Assembly: GCF_006345805.1 (NCBI RefSeq)
Contig: NC_043006.1
Span: 15,748,001 to 15,812,000, forward strand
Direction of reading: 5' to 3'
From: Octopus sinensis
Lineage: Eukaryota
Length of the DNA: 64,000 bases
Below the pieces are notes generated by a model, which was not told the origin of the DNA, did not search any database, and saw only the letters and a list, made by a program, of their open reading frames with translations. Below are positions 13,318-27,041 of this stretch, piece after piece. The first letter of the stretch is position 1. Each line of letters begins with the position of its first letter. A program made the translations under genes and the position numbers.

Positions 13318-13766
13318 GTTTATGCATGTGCGTGCACGCGCGTGTAGGAGTGGTGGTGTTATAGCCTACTTATTAGGCTCCGGGTAATTTATTTTTTGTT
13401 GCATGTGTAGAATATCCTCTATAAATTATATAACTTTCCAATGCACACAGGAATAGAAGCCTTCCAAGAAATATTGGTTATATTTCAGATAAAAAGTACA
13501 GAGCGCTGCAAACATATCTCTCAAATTCCCCATATTGATAAAGGTTTGAAAAGAAAACGCACGGTGTGCACCGGTCCACAATATAGTGGCAACTGAAAAA
13601 GAGAACGGTAAGAAATAATCTATATTCAAACAAGAGATAATCTATTTTGAAAGCAATGTTACCGATGGCCTAACCTCACTAACTGCATGGTGGAATAGAA
13701 AATATAAGGATGGTTTAAGGCATTTCCTCACTATGTAACAACATTTACGGTATTAGACGGATTATA

Positions 13767-13994
13767 AGGCGGCGAACTGGCAGAATCGTTTGCACGCCGG
13801 GCGAAATGCTTAGCAGTATTTCGTCTGTCGCTACGTTCTGAGTTCAAATTCCGCCGAGGTCGACTTTACCTTTCATCCTTTCGGGGTCGATTAAATAAGT
13901 ATCAGTTACGCACTGGGGTCGATATAAACGACTTAATACGTTTGCCCTTGTTTGTCCTTTCTGTGTTTAGCCCCTTGTGGGTAGTAAAGAAATA
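13767..13994 (+). mobile_element. tRNA-derived SINE, family B
   Basis: GGCGGCGAACTGGCAG head, GAGTTCAAATTCC B-box; 18-bp TSD (13749-13766 / 13995-14012, 1 mismatch). Confidence 0.92.
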
Positions 13995-15361
13995 GGTATT
14001 AGACGTATTATATAAGTAAGGTAATCCTTACATTTCAAATTCCGACCGGCATATCAAACTTCAATATTCAACAGATTAGGAGATCTACTGTCAACATCGG
14101 AGGTGAATTGACATAAAATAAAATTCTTGCAGTTTTTCATCGCTTTTTTTAAAATTTTAGTTGGGATCCTTTATTTTCTGTGTTCAATCCAACTGAGTCA
14201 ATTTTGCCTTTTCTTCGAAAGGATTTTATGCGGTTCGAAACCAGAATGAAAAACGTGCTGTTTTTATATTTATAAAATAAATTACCAATCACGTTGGCAA
14301 TGGAGTCGATTTACAACTCCTGCAAACAATGTTTTTCTTTTTCAAAGTAAATATAATATAAAAAAATATACGTAAATTTGCCAGTAGAAAATATATTCTC
14401 TTATAACACCAAGCATGAATGTTATTTCGAATTATAAAGGAAACTGAAAAGGTAGCTGAACAAACTTTTGAAATGAAGAATATATATTTTAAAGTCCTCT
14501 ATTTTATAAATCGGAAGTGAAAACAGGTCAAGCGGTTTACGTTATTATAGATGTCGAATATTGTAATAGGAACTTCGAAAATATTCGTGTTTATTCAAAT
14601 AGAAAATAAGTATAGCAATTGTCAAGAGATCGGTTTGTTTCAATTCTACATTGATAACGGATTGCTGTCATATGAAACCTTAACAATATACAAGAAGTAT
14701 TACATTTCATATAGTGTAGGAAATGACGGGGGAAATGATGGCGATGATGATCATTATCATCAACATCATCTTCAGCATCAACAACAATAACTTCATCATC
14801 GTTATGGTTATTATCATTATTATCATCATTTACATATGGTTTTACATATCATTAAGTCCACAAATCCTCCTCAATAAACCGAAATTCTGTTCACAAACGT
14901 ATCAATCAGTCATCTATAAACTGATCAAATTATACATTTAAAATTCCAAGGAATTATAACTCCTCCTCAACGTTCATAATTGACTCAATCAATATTTAAT
15001 TCAACTCCAATGTTCCGTTTAATAACATTTCAAGTGTTTTTATAGATCACATGAAATGGTGCTTGAAAATCATATAATCTTCAGCAAATATATTACTCTA
15101 ACACAATTAAAGGACGAGATCGAAGAAGTTGGAAATGGATGTCTCACTTAAGAAAATAAATCTCCACTGGAACAATATATCAATAAATTATTCAACATCC
15201 AATGGTGCAAGGAATGAATGCATTGGAAATGTTTAGTGGCTTCTCACGCATCGAAGTCAAGCCCGGTTGACAGCAATTCCACACTTGTAAAGTTTACTTA
15301 AAACTGCGAAAGGTTTCCCAGATGAACTAACAGAGCTGGGATTTCTATTAGTTAGACACGG

Positions 15362-15398
<37 letters not shown>

Positions 15399-15402
<4 letters not shown>

Positions 15403-15945
15403 GCCCTGATGCAGTACCAGACAGTGGTTCTCATGGCTTCTGATCTTAACTGATTGGAAGTGTTATCATGTACGTTGTTTTGACTTGGTATAAAAGATGG
15501 GCTACAGCAAATATTCTGCTCAATACCACAGATTTGCTTGTCAGTTGTTTGACCTAGACCAGTTGAACATGTCCCGCAGTGGCTGACGATATGTGCATCT
15601 CTGAAGTAGTGGAGAAGCATCATAGCCATGTGTTGAGAGGGATTCTTTGGGGTTTGAATAATTTACCTCTGGAAACATGGGTGGTTCGTTCAACATCCTT
15701 AAACAACCCTTATTCATGGACCTTTTTAGCGGGAAGGGTTACTCGACCAGAAGAAAATTCTAACTAGGCCCCACCTGCAAGGTCATGTGCTGTTTATCTT
15801 GATATGAGATCACCATGTCGCGCACATATGGCTGTAATGCATGTGCCTAGTGTACCCTTATCAGACTAGTAGTCATGATGGGTATACTGGGCTTCGTATA
15901 TTTTACCCCAGTGTCACTTTGATGGCATGCACTGCTCTCTCACTC
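15399..15945 (+). mobile_element. ~550-bp non-coding element E, flanked by (AAT)n on both sides
   Basis: Copies at 51175-51728 and 52822-53314; same 3' end CTCTC(A)CTC|AAT; orientation inferred from flanks. Confidence 0.8.
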
Positions 15946-15955
15946 AATAATAATA

Positions 15956-16024
<69 letters not shown>

Positions 16025-16176
16025 TGCAATGAATATTCTAGAATACACGTGACCGGTTTGTGCATATTATATGTAATATCAATATTTTACGACACCACAT
16101 GCACATGTATCCATTTTTGAGTGCATGCATGCACTTATATGTACATACATACAAGCATACATATATATTGTGTGTA

Positions 16177-17058
16177 TAAATTTGAGCTGATGCATTTTGG
16201 AAGAAATTCCTCACTAAAACAACCATACTCTCTTCCTTCAGGGGAACCGCTCACAGCCTGTAACAATATCAGAGACCTGGGTGTAATTGTTGATGACGAT
16301 CTCAGTTGGAGTGCACACATCAACAAGAAGGTCGATACAGCTCGTAGGATGAGTTCCTGGATCTTAAGAACTTTCCGGTCCAGAGAACAAGGTGTCATCA
16401 TACCACTGTTTTCATCCTTTGTACGGCCACACCTTGAATACTGCTGCCCACTGTGGTCTCCTCACACAAGACAAAACATCTCCAGAGTTGAGTCACCCCA
16501 GAGGGCTCTCACTAAACAAATTGAAGGCATGGCTGCTCTCGATTATTGGGATCGCCTTAAAGCCTTGAAACTTTACTCCCTCCAGCGTCGCCGTGAGCGG
16601 TACATCATTTGTACGATGTGGAAAATATACCGCCAACTTTGCCCAAACGACCTAAACATTAGCTTCAAGGTTCATCCGAGACTTGGACCACGGCTATACG
16701 TCCCCTGCCAAATTCAAGATCACAACATACATGTACACTGCAACATAATTTCTTTTCCTCAACAGGCCCTGCCCTATTTAACATTGTCCCGAGGGAGATC
16801 AAAGAGGAAAAGGATCCCATCAACTTCAAACAGAGTCTGGATAGATTCCTTCAAAGAATACCAGATAAGCCACCCATAATTGGATACAACTCACCCAACA
16901 AGAACTCACTACTTGAACAAAACTGGATACAACTCACCCAACAAGAACTCACTACTTGAACAAAACTTGACTTAAACAGGATTCGAATAATCCTATCAGG
17001 TGGTGCTATTAAGTTAGACATGGCCTGGACCAATCTCTGGTCGAAACATATCTAAGTT
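16177..17058 (+). mobile_element. 5'-truncated CR1-clade LINE (RT C-terminus and 3' UTR)
   Basis: RDLGVIVD, VRPHLEYCCPLWSPH, LYSLQRRRER motifs; frameshift near 16690; 43-bp tandem duplication at 16881-16966. Confidence 0.9.
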
Positions 17059-17102
17059 TTATATATAAATATGAATTTCCTACTTACAGAAGCACTACTT
17101 AT

Positions 17103-17340
17103 TATAAGGACGACGATTCACTTGTTAAAAACAAAAGCAATTATCTACCACCTGAAGGTTGGAATAAAACACTCCAAGACTTTTCTAACCACATTCTGAA
17201 TTTCTCTTATAATATCTTTCACAAACATAGAATTAACTCAAACCTCACCTCTAGTGGATGGAAAAACCTAACTGAATTGCAAAATATTCAATGATTTGTC
17301 CATTAAAGAATCCGACATAAGAAGTGGTATAGTACTGATC
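17103..17340 (+). mobile_element. Penelope-like element fragment (pre-RT region)
   Basis: KSNYLPPEGWNKTLQDF and NLT..W..L..L / DLSIKESDIRSGIVL resemble the PLE motifs FTPP and IKxADKGxxVV. Confidence 0.5.
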
Positions 17341-18422
17341 CTCGTCATGTTGTATGATTTGTTGTTGGGGTTGTGGAAGACAGGGTGTAGGGTGCTACAA
17401 GTGTTACTATCGTTGTAGTTATGTTATTGTTATTGTTGTTTATATCGTCTCTCTCTCTCCCTCTCTTGTTCTTCATCCTTTCTGTTTTTCTCTCCCACCC
17501 TTCCCTATTCTTCTCCTCTCCCATTCACCGTTCCCTCTCTCTCACTCCTCCTCAACTCCCCCGTCGCTGACACGTGATGAGAGGGCAGCCATCAATCCAA
17601 CTATTACCTTCACAAAGACTAAACCGGCATATCCTGTCTCTTCATAAGCCCGTCTCCTTAAGCGTTCAGAATAATTCTTCCATCGTCTTAGCTTAACAAC
17701 CCTCATCGTTTGTTTTTACGGTTTTGTTCTTCTTCTTAGATCTTTTACTGTTTTTACTTCTTTTATTGCTTTTACTGTTTTGTTCTTACTGTCCTATGCT
17801 GGTTACCCCTTTAACCCTCCGCAGAAAATTTCATTTAATTTGCTTGCGGGAAGGACTGTTTCAACGAAGTCGCGTCTTGTCCCTACCTTCGAAACGCAGA
17901 GTATATGAAACAGGGACAACTGAAGAAGGGGAATATTCTATATATTGTATGTCTCGTTTCTCTGCTTGTTTGTTTTTTTTTCGCTGTCCGAAAAAAAGTT
18001 CGTTTCTATTTTTTTGGCTTTTATGTTTTCGTTTCTCATTGTGTTTAACGTTTTTTTGATGTCCTGTACCCATATATGCATGTATATATATACATATATA
18101 TGTATGTATATACGCATATATTTATATATTATATATTATATATATATGAATTTCCGTATGTGTGCGTATATACGTGGTTGGTGTATTTTTATGATTTAAT
18201 GTGTGACGTGTTTCACATAACACACAAAGTAGTATAGCTTTTGTACACTGCCAATATACCTTAGTATGGTGTAAAGTGTTACTTACAATTTTGTGTATGA
18301 ACATACATGCGCACACGCAAGCACTCCCGCACACACACACACGCATGCATACACCCACTCACACACACATATATGCCTCATATGAAGCAATCACGATATG
18401 GCAGGGAGCGTTCATATATATA

Positions 18423-18819
18423 TCTTTATATATAAAAGTGAGGTTGTGTGCTGTCTGTCTCCTACGATTTAGATTCCTAACTACTCCCACATTTTGCGGT
18501 GCAGTTTAACCAAAATCGGGTATCTTATAGTCGTGATTCATATCGAGCCCTTCTGGGTATTAGCGCGCGTCTACGATGAGTCTACGATTTTTAAAAAAAA
18601 TTACCATCAATTTTTCCCATTTTTAATGCATTTTTGGCATATATAAGGGAAGTAACTCTCTAAAAATTTATTATTAAATCTCAGAACGTAAAAAGCTACA
18701 GTAACACCCTCCCCTTTGTGGTTAGCCATATCGAGATGGCTATTATACTTTACATCTCTAAAAATGCTTATATAGTTATTTCCCTTACAAACCCGAGCAA
18801 CGCCGGGCGATACTGCTAG
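18423..18819 (+). mobile_element. Non-autonomous Helitron (397 bp)
   Basis: A|TC 5' end; CCCGAGCAACGCCGGG hairpin 8 nt before CTAG|T 3' end; copies at 49397-49790 and 63144-63534. Confidence 0.88.
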
Positions 18820-19104
18820 TATTACATAATACAATATTAAGATTCCTATATCAGCAGTATTGTCATCACCTCCACCACCAACACCACCACCACCACCACC
18901 ACCACCACCACCACCACCACCTTCGTTCTCTCCTGTTCCCACATCTGCCCCGTTCACACACTGACGAACCGATTTCAAAGAGGAACGCTCTGGAATTTGA
19001 TTTTCGCTTGAACGAAGTACAAACTTAATGTAAAGGAAACACACCAAAGACCAGAGAAAAGCAACGCATTGTGGCTCACTTGTTTCAGTTTTCCAATTTC
19101 ACTT

Positions 19105-19146
19105 CGCAGCAGCAGCAGCAGCACCAGCGCCAGCAGCAGCAGTAAC

Positions 19147-19225
<79 letters not shown>

Positions 19226-19407
19226 ATATTGGTGGTGGTGGTGGTGGTGGGAGTAGTAGTAGTAGTGGTGTGGTGGTGGTGGTGATGGTGGTGATGGTGG
19301 TGGTGGTAGTAGTAATGGTGGTGGTGGTGGGAGTAGTAGTAGTAGTAGTGGTGGTGGTGATGGTGGTGGTGGTGGTGGTAGTACTAGTAGTAGTAGTGGT
19401 AGTGGTG

Positions 19408-19438
<31 letters not shown>

Positions 19439-19460
19439 CGGCAGTAGCAGCAGTTGCAAC
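19105..19460. repeat. Compound (AGC)n/(AGT)n/(GGT)n triplet array
   Basis: Direct reading of the sequence. Confidence 0.95.
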
Positions 19461-19916
19461 TAGCAGTGGCAACAGAAACTACAAATGCATGTCTTTTATC
19501 AGATAGTCTTTCAAACACGCGGGAATTATTGTACTTTCCTCTCATTGTATTTATTTATTTTTGCAGTCAGTTTTCGCGTTTTACTTTGTTGCATATAGGT
19601 TACACCATATTTGTTAAATATCATTTTGCATGTGCTAATTTGATGTGGCTTTCGGAGAGTAAAGAGATATGATTTTCTGAATCGATAATACAATAGGGTG
19701 GAAGTTCTCTCTGTCTCTCTAATAACAGAAAGATACAAAAGACAAAATTATATGATACCTAAAGAAATTAGAATCTAAATCGGAAATTTCAAAGCATATT
19801 TTTACGTTGTTATTTTCTCCTTCTTTTGCTTACGTAAGCTTATTCACACACTGTAAAATACCAATATGCCAACAGAAATGTATGTTTATGTGTGGCTTTT
19901 TATATTATGTGATTCG

Positions 19917-20368
19917 AAGGCGGCGAGCTGGCAGAATCGTTAGCACGCCGGGCGAAATACGTAGCGGTATTTCGTCTGCCGTTATGTTCTGAGTTCAAAT
20001 TCCGCCGAGGTCGACTTTGCCTTTCATCCTTTCGGGGTCGATAAATTAAGTACCAATTACACACTGGGGTCGATGTAATCGACTTAATCCCTTTGTCTGT
20101 CCTTGTTTGTCCCCTCTATGTTTAGCCCCTTGTGGGCAATAAAGAAACAAGAATCGTTAGCATACCGGGCGAAATGCGTAGCCGTATTTCGTCTGCCATT
20201 GCGTTCTCAGTTCAAATTCCGCCGAGGTCGACTTTGCCTTTCATCCTTTCGGGGTCGATAAATTAAGTACCAGTTTTGCACTGAGGTCGATGTATTCGAC
20301 TTAATCCCTTTGTCTGTCCTTGTTTGTCTTCTCAGTGTTTAGCCCCTTGTGGGCAATAAAGAAATATG
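19917..20368 (+). mobile_element. SINE-B head-to-tail dimer
   Basis: Second unit starts at AGAATCG (~20150); one TSD TAT(T/C)ATGTGATTCG (19903-19916 / 20369-20382) flanks the whole dimer. Confidence 0.9.
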
Positions 20369-20913
20369 TATCATGTGATTCGTTTTATGAGTGTACGTTG
20401 GTGTTTGATAAGTAAGTATAAATGCGCGTAAACAAATAAAGTTATAAAGTCTTACAAGTTGGTCTTACATATAACATACGTTAGCCTGCGTATACTTGTA
20501 TGCATAAATAGCCTTCTTGTATTTCTCTTCATGTGAATAGAATTATAGTAGGAGTAGTTAATTGGGCGTCGGAAATAGTGGCTAAGGTCAATGATTAGAT
20601 AAATGCGTCTTGATCAACTGACTGGTAAATTCTCCATAGTTTATGTTGAGTTTAGCTGGCGGTTTGTAAAGGAACGAAAGCAGAGGGGTAAAGGTGAAAC
20701 TACCATCATGAGATCAAAGTAAAATGTCAAACAGTGAGAGATATCAAACAACTCGAGGACTTATTTAGAAATGAATTAAATCACTATACCTACCATTATA
20801 TTTCAAACACTTTAATTTTCATTTGGAACCGTCTATATTTAATTTTCTTGGAATATACTACTACAAATACTTTTTTCTTTCACCTATCTATCTATCTTTC
20901 TATCACCTATCCA

Positions 20914-20949
<36 letters not shown>

Positions 20950-21112
20950 CGTGTATATATATATATTTGTGGAAATAACTAAATATATATATATATATAT
21001 ACATATACTTATTAATCCGAGGGGAGACAATGTGAGCAGGAACTAAAGGAACATTACAAAATCCACAGAAAGATCAAACACACACACACGCACACACATA
21101 TATATATATAAT

Positions 21113-21266
21113 CTTTTCACTTGTTTTACTCATCTGACCGTGGCCATGCTGGTCTTGAAGGGTTTTAGTTGAACAAATCGATCCCAGTACTTATTTTTTA
21201 AAAGGTAATACTTTTTCTATTGGACTCTTTCGCCGAACAGATAAGTTACGGGGATGCAAACACAAG
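21113..21266 (-). mobile_element. SINE-A old 3' tail fragment
   Basis: Diverged match to 2400-2560. Confidence 0.6.
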
Positions 21267-21269
21267 GAG

Positions 21270-21885
21270 GAATTTGGCTATTTTAGATTCACGCAAATGA
21301 TCCAATTGTGCATATGATATTTGAATAAGTCAAAGACCACTTTTATATTGTCATGGATTTCTCAAAAATGCGCCGAGTGACCAACTAAGGACTACACAAA
21401 GGACATTGCTATTATGTAAGATAACACACTTGAGGCTGCCCTTAGAACTATCCAAAAGCAATCTCCATTCTTTAGAGTTATATTGAGTAAAGTCAAACCC
21501 TGCAATAAGGCCTAGAATATTGTGGAAATAACTAAATTGCTTGTCTTGTTTTCTCACAAAACTCTACTCTTACGTTCTAAAATATGAGGCGTTTGTAGAA
21601 TTTACAAGAATTTTTCATTTAGACAGGAGGCTAATAGCTACATTGCTTTCTTGATAATGCCACAGCATATCCTAAATCAATACAGTTTGGCTTAACTAAA
21701 ATGATGAGGGGTTGATGACTGTTTGGTATTACATGAGGAGTCTTCGGAATCTGAGACCATTTCTTCAAATCCTGATCAGATTTACAGCTTTCATCTTCAG
21801 AGTATGTATAATCATTAAAAACTGGAACCGGGAGCTCCTCACAATGAGGCATACGTCGAAATGCAGAGGGAATACTTTGGTAGAT
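21270..21885 (-). mobile_element. Decayed DNA transposase fragment, Chapaev3/CMC-like
   Basis: YQSIPSAFRRMPHCEELPVPVF and EWRLLLDSSKGSLKCVILHNSN motifs; superfamily assigned from memory. Confidence 0.5.
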
Positions 21886-22025
21886 CATATGCCGGATTCT
21901 CTTGACAACACATCGGGTGTTGGGCACAATTTTCAGCCCATCGTCTCTATACAAGCCAGGGTTAGATTTCGCATTCAGACTATATAAACCAGCGAGGAAT
22001 GCTAACAGACTTCCACAGCTAAAAG
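21886..22025 (-). mobile_element. Penelope-like RT fragment (Naiad-type motif)
   Basis: AVEVC*/LAGLY...GLYRDDGL resembles GAEVCELVGL...LYRDDGL. Confidence 0.55.
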
Positions 22026-22258
22026 GAATTCAAAAATATCAGGTTTAGTTTAATGAGTGTGAATTATTTTATAAATAAGAAAGAATTACTTCATACTTCA
22101 GCATCACGCACTCTTTCCACCATTCCTCATCACTGGCATATGTATACGTAAATACGTATATGTGTGTGTGTGTGTATGTATATGTAAATGTGTGTGAGGA
22201 GGGGGAATATCTGATATATATGTATATATATAATATATGTATACATCTATAATATATA

Positions 22259-22300
<42 letters not shown>

Positions 22301-22307
22301 ATATAAT

Positions 22308-22445
22308 TCGAGACAAAACCACTATTTTAAAACCAACAAGGAAAGACTTAATCAATGCATAAAATTTTAATATAAATTAAATAAACCGCCACTACAAATG
22401 TTTCATGTCTGCTCCGACAATCTTCAGGTGGATTTTCGATCTAAA
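22308..22445 (-). mobile_element. Dispersed repeat carrying U.U-type hammerhead motif (22389-22431)
   Basis: CCAC-CTGAAGA-T-TGTC-GGAGCA-GACA-T-GAAAC-ATTT-GTA^GTGG; homologous inverted copy at 26040-26215. Confidence 0.7.
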
Positions 22446-22691
22446 AATAGCAATATTTTAAAATATAATTTAAAATAATTTAAAATAATAAAACAATAAA
22501 ATTATCAATGAAAGAATGTAAAAAAATAAAAATATAATCTATATATAATCTATATATAATCTATATATAATCAATATATAATCTAAAATAATCTAAAATA
22601 AACCCTATAAACAATTGAATATAAAAACCTATTATAAAAGTTCTCATATTTAAAAATGTACAAAAACCAAAAAACAACAAGCAAAAAACAA

Positions 22692-22853
22692 ATAATAAAA
22701 GGCTTCCAAATAAGGAAGCGTAGTGCTAGAAACACAAAATGGGATAAATTCATGAAAGCAATGAAAATTAAAAACATTTACCATCTCAGCTATATCCCAG
22801 ACCGTTTTTGTGTTTCTAGCACTACGCTTCCTTATTTGGAAGCCTTTTATTAT
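22692..22853. repeat. Perfect 48-bp inverted repeat with 66-bp spacer
   Basis: 22692-22739 is the exact reverse complement of 22806-22853. Confidence 0.9.
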
Positions 22854-22946
22854 ATTTCTATACGAAAAATATATAGTCTAATGACTAACTCGTCTTTTGT
22901 GCTAGGCCACTGGTAATAATAATTTATTTTATTACCCTATTTGATT

Positions 22947-23011
<65 letters not shown>

Positions 23012-24820
23012 GAAGTAAACACAAATGGAGTTTAAAATTTACGGCAGCTTTTTGGTTGGAGTTTTGTTGATTTGATGCAGTCATAAAACATTATACCATA
23101 GTATGTATATATTTATAATCCACAATCCTGAAGGAAAATTTGAAACAGGTAAGATTTTAAATAGCTAATATTCGCTGGATAAGTTAATCATATTGATATT
23201 ATCGAAAGGAATATGATTTATAATTTGAGTAAGGAAATTTGTGAACTTTGAATGTATAAGAGTATAAACAAGCGTAAAATAGTGCAAACAACTAAAATAA
23301 AAGTATATCTAATATAATTTTTTTCTTAATACTTTTTATGTAGTAGTCGAAGGAAGCTCTGGCTTTCGTTAGGAGTGGTCCACAACCGTTCATGATACAG
23401 AGGTTGGGAGCCTATTTCAGATCGAAAGTGAATCGTCATCACATGTCACACGTCATATAACTGCAATAGAATGGTGTATCTCCAGCAATAATGTGATTTC
23501 TCTAAATCATCACCCAGTAATCTATCAATTCCATTTCTCAATACACACTGCGGTTATGACTTCCCTCCTTCATTTTATGCCTCCACCGTAGATGGGTAGA
23601 TTTGCTAGTATACGAAAATTAGAAGGTATGGCTTAAAATATTATTCGATAGGCAAGTGTATATGTGCGTATGTATATAGATATATGTATTCGTGTGTATC
23701 TATTATACATATATAAGTATGGAAAGGAAGGAATAAACACTGATGTTTGATGTTTGATGTCGGTGGTCGGTGAGCTTCTTGATATGTCTCCTTTAACTGC
23801 GAATGTGTCTGCTATGGTTTTGATGAGTTTCTAATTACAACACATGGCAATTGATTCCTGAATTATTCGGTGACGATGTTAAACGACAAACTAATATAGA
23901 TGAGAGAATTTAGGTTGTATATTAACATGATCCCTTTGTTTCATATTTGCCTGTTTTGAACCACAACTTCTATCCAGCGAATGTTGGCTGTGTAAATCTA
24001 TGAATCCTTTGAAAATAACATAATAAATATTGAAATAATTACATATGTACAATCTATATATTTTCCAGACACATTATTAATGCTTTTCGAAGTAAGGGTA
24101 TTGCAGAAATATTGATAGACAGAGAGCACATAGTAATCGAAGATTTTTCAGATTCTGTTGAAATATCGTAGACCCAATTTGTCTAAATTTGCTAGCCAAT
24201 TCTTCGAAAAGATTGCTGGGTTCTCAGATGTGAACAATATAAATAGAAATTCAAATTCAATTTGACGTGACAGGAACAAGATGTTATATTGATTATATGG
24301 CAAATAGCTTGCAATTATAAAGAAAATATTTACTTTTGCTAAAGTCTTCAGAATTACGTCTTCGTTTAAACTGTATAAATCAATACTTATGTAAGTTACA
24401 GTCATTATATTATCTTGACGCATTATTGAGTTCTCTTGAATATTTGGTACAATCAGCATTTTGTAATCATTGTGAGGTATTTATCAATATATTTACTATG
24501 ACAACTCGTTCCTAAATGTTAAATTTAAATCCTAATTTGCCAACCAGTTGAGCGCATTAAGACTTTCTATATTTCGACGCTTCTCGTACACCTTTGATTA
24601 CAACACTAAGATGGTTGTAAACGCTCAGGTGTGTATAAATACTAAGATGAATCTAAATTTGCTATCTACTGATGAGCTGTTATGTGTGTGTGCGTGTGTG
24701 TATTTATAAGGGCGCCTGTCAATCCCTGTGTAGAAGATGTAAAATAAATGTGTATTATGTATTTATTACAATTCGAGGTCAGCTGCTAGAAATTCGCTGT
24801 CCCTGGGAATATTTTTGCAA

Positions 24821-24865
<45 letters not shown>

Positions 24866-24903
24866 TCTGTTAATGTAATATGTGACAATTATTCGTTAGT
24901 CAT

Positions 24904-24964
24904 GATAAAACCCCGAGTTTCGGATGCCGAGGTGGAAATCCACGCCACCATCTCTTTAGTTATC
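24904..24964 (-). ncRNA. Inactivated hammerhead motif (G5A)
   Basis: Homologue of 35807-35867 with core CTAAAGA. Confidence 0.55.
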
Positions 24965-25027
24965 CGGCCATTGGAAAAATGCTATGAAAAAAATGGTATG
25001 AAATTTTTTTTAACAATATATATATAT

Positions 25028-25152
25028 AGGGAGAGTTTACAAAAAAAGAAACAAAAGACGAAGACGGGTGGTGTACAAAACAAACAGATGTATTAGTATA
25101 ACGCTCAGGAATAGAAAAAGTATTTTACGTTTCGAGCCTACGCCCTTCTATA
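25028..25152 (-). mobile_element. Truncated, decayed copy of the A6U hammerhead-like repeat
   Basis: Matches 12901-12990. Confidence 0.75.
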
Positions 25153-25728
<576 letters not shown>

Positions 25729-26039
25729 TTCATCACTCTTCTTCTGTTGGCCTGCTCACTTAGCCAGCGGGTGGCGTCATGCGAAGCTTGTTTGTTGGGC
25801 CATAAGTAATCTTTTTACTTAATATTGTCATGGTTGGTGAAAAATTATAATTAGTAATTTTTTCAAATTCAATACAGCTAGGACCTATCGTGAGCCTGTG
25901 AGGCCCGTGCTTGTTGCTCATTCGGTTGGACCGTTCTCTTGCACCCGATGCTCTGAGAATTAATTGAGAATGACTTCTCATATATTATAATATAAAAGAC
26001 AGTTGCTGGATTCGCTAAAAAACTCAAAGATGATACAAA

Positions 26040-26215
26040 TTTTCTGAGGTAGCAAAAAGCCAGGATTGGAAGTCCACCTGAAGATGTCGATCAAGACAAG
26101 AAAACGATTGTAGTGGCGGTTTTTTTGACTATTTATTAAATTTTTGTATTGATTAAGTCTTTCCTTGTTTGTTTTGCAAAATAGTGGTTTTGTCTCAAAT
26201 ATTTTTTATAAATTT
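26040..26215 (+). mobile_element. Second copy of the 22308-22445 repeat, hammerhead decayed (26074-26116)
   Basis: CCAC-CTGAAGA-TGTC-GATCAA-GACA-A-GAAAAC-GATT-GTA-GTGG; shared flank GATTAAGTCTTTCCTTG. Confidence 0.7.
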
Positions 26216-26289
26216 ACTATAAAATTGGATTTTATCCTAAATCTGATTTTTTTTCCCTGTAAATTTGGATATATTCCCTAATATTTATT

Positions 26290-26320
<31 letters not shown>

Positions 26321-26324
<4 letters not shown>

Positions 26325-26878
26325 GTAGGTCTCAAGGGCCATGGATCAGCGCCCGAAGAAATCGTGTCAGCTGCTGATAGTGGTGTAGCGTCTGTTGCAG
26401 CTGTAGAGGCTCACACGGGAGTAACAGTCACACATACAGCGATTGCATTTGAAGAAGCTATCTGTCGGTACTACTGGATTTTCCTTCCGCCGAGTACGCT
26501 TTTCTTTGCTGGCGATTTTCTGCTTTTCTTCCCTCGCTTCATCCCCTTTCGCAGTATTTGTCTTTAGCGTGGGCGAACATTTGCGACCCTCCCTCATCTG
26601 AGGACCTCTAGATCAAGCGACTTCATATCTTTCCTGCAGACGTCTTTGAAACGAATATGAGGTCATTCTTGTGCTCTTGTGTCGGTGGCCAATTCTACCG
26701 ACACGAGGTCTTTTGAAATCCTCTCGTCTCGCATGCGACGTACATAACCGACGCTGCTGGGAGACGAGTATACTTAGTGTCTTGACGCGGTGTTGGTGAT
26801 GTGGTCGGTCCACTTGATATCCAAGATGCGTCTCAAATTACGAAGATGGAAGAAGTTGAGACGCAACTCTCACTGTCT
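26321..26878 (-). mobile_element. RTE-clade LINE 3' fragment
   Basis: LRRILDIKWTDHITN, RFKDVC..DMK, C-terminal CxxC...SRV.L.S motif; (CTA)n tail. Confidence 0.8.
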
Positions 26879-26998
26879 CTCTCTGTCTTTGACAGTGGAA
26901 TTTCAACCTCAACAACAGGGTATTTTTGTTTGTTTGTATGTATGTACGTATATATGCATATGAAAATGTATATATATATACTTACATACATACATACA

Positions 26999-27041
<43 letters not shown>

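Noticed and set aside
17885-17945. CTGAAGA and GAAAC motifs as a type II hammerhead
   Set aside because: Stem I cannot form
18975-19506. Poly-Ser/Val/Thr/Leu ORFs
   Set aside because: Triplet repeat artefact with no unique domain
23900-24500. Protein-like minus-strand frames (also at 50264-50540)
   Set aside because: Stops and frame changes, no convincing pair of splice sites, no recognisable motif
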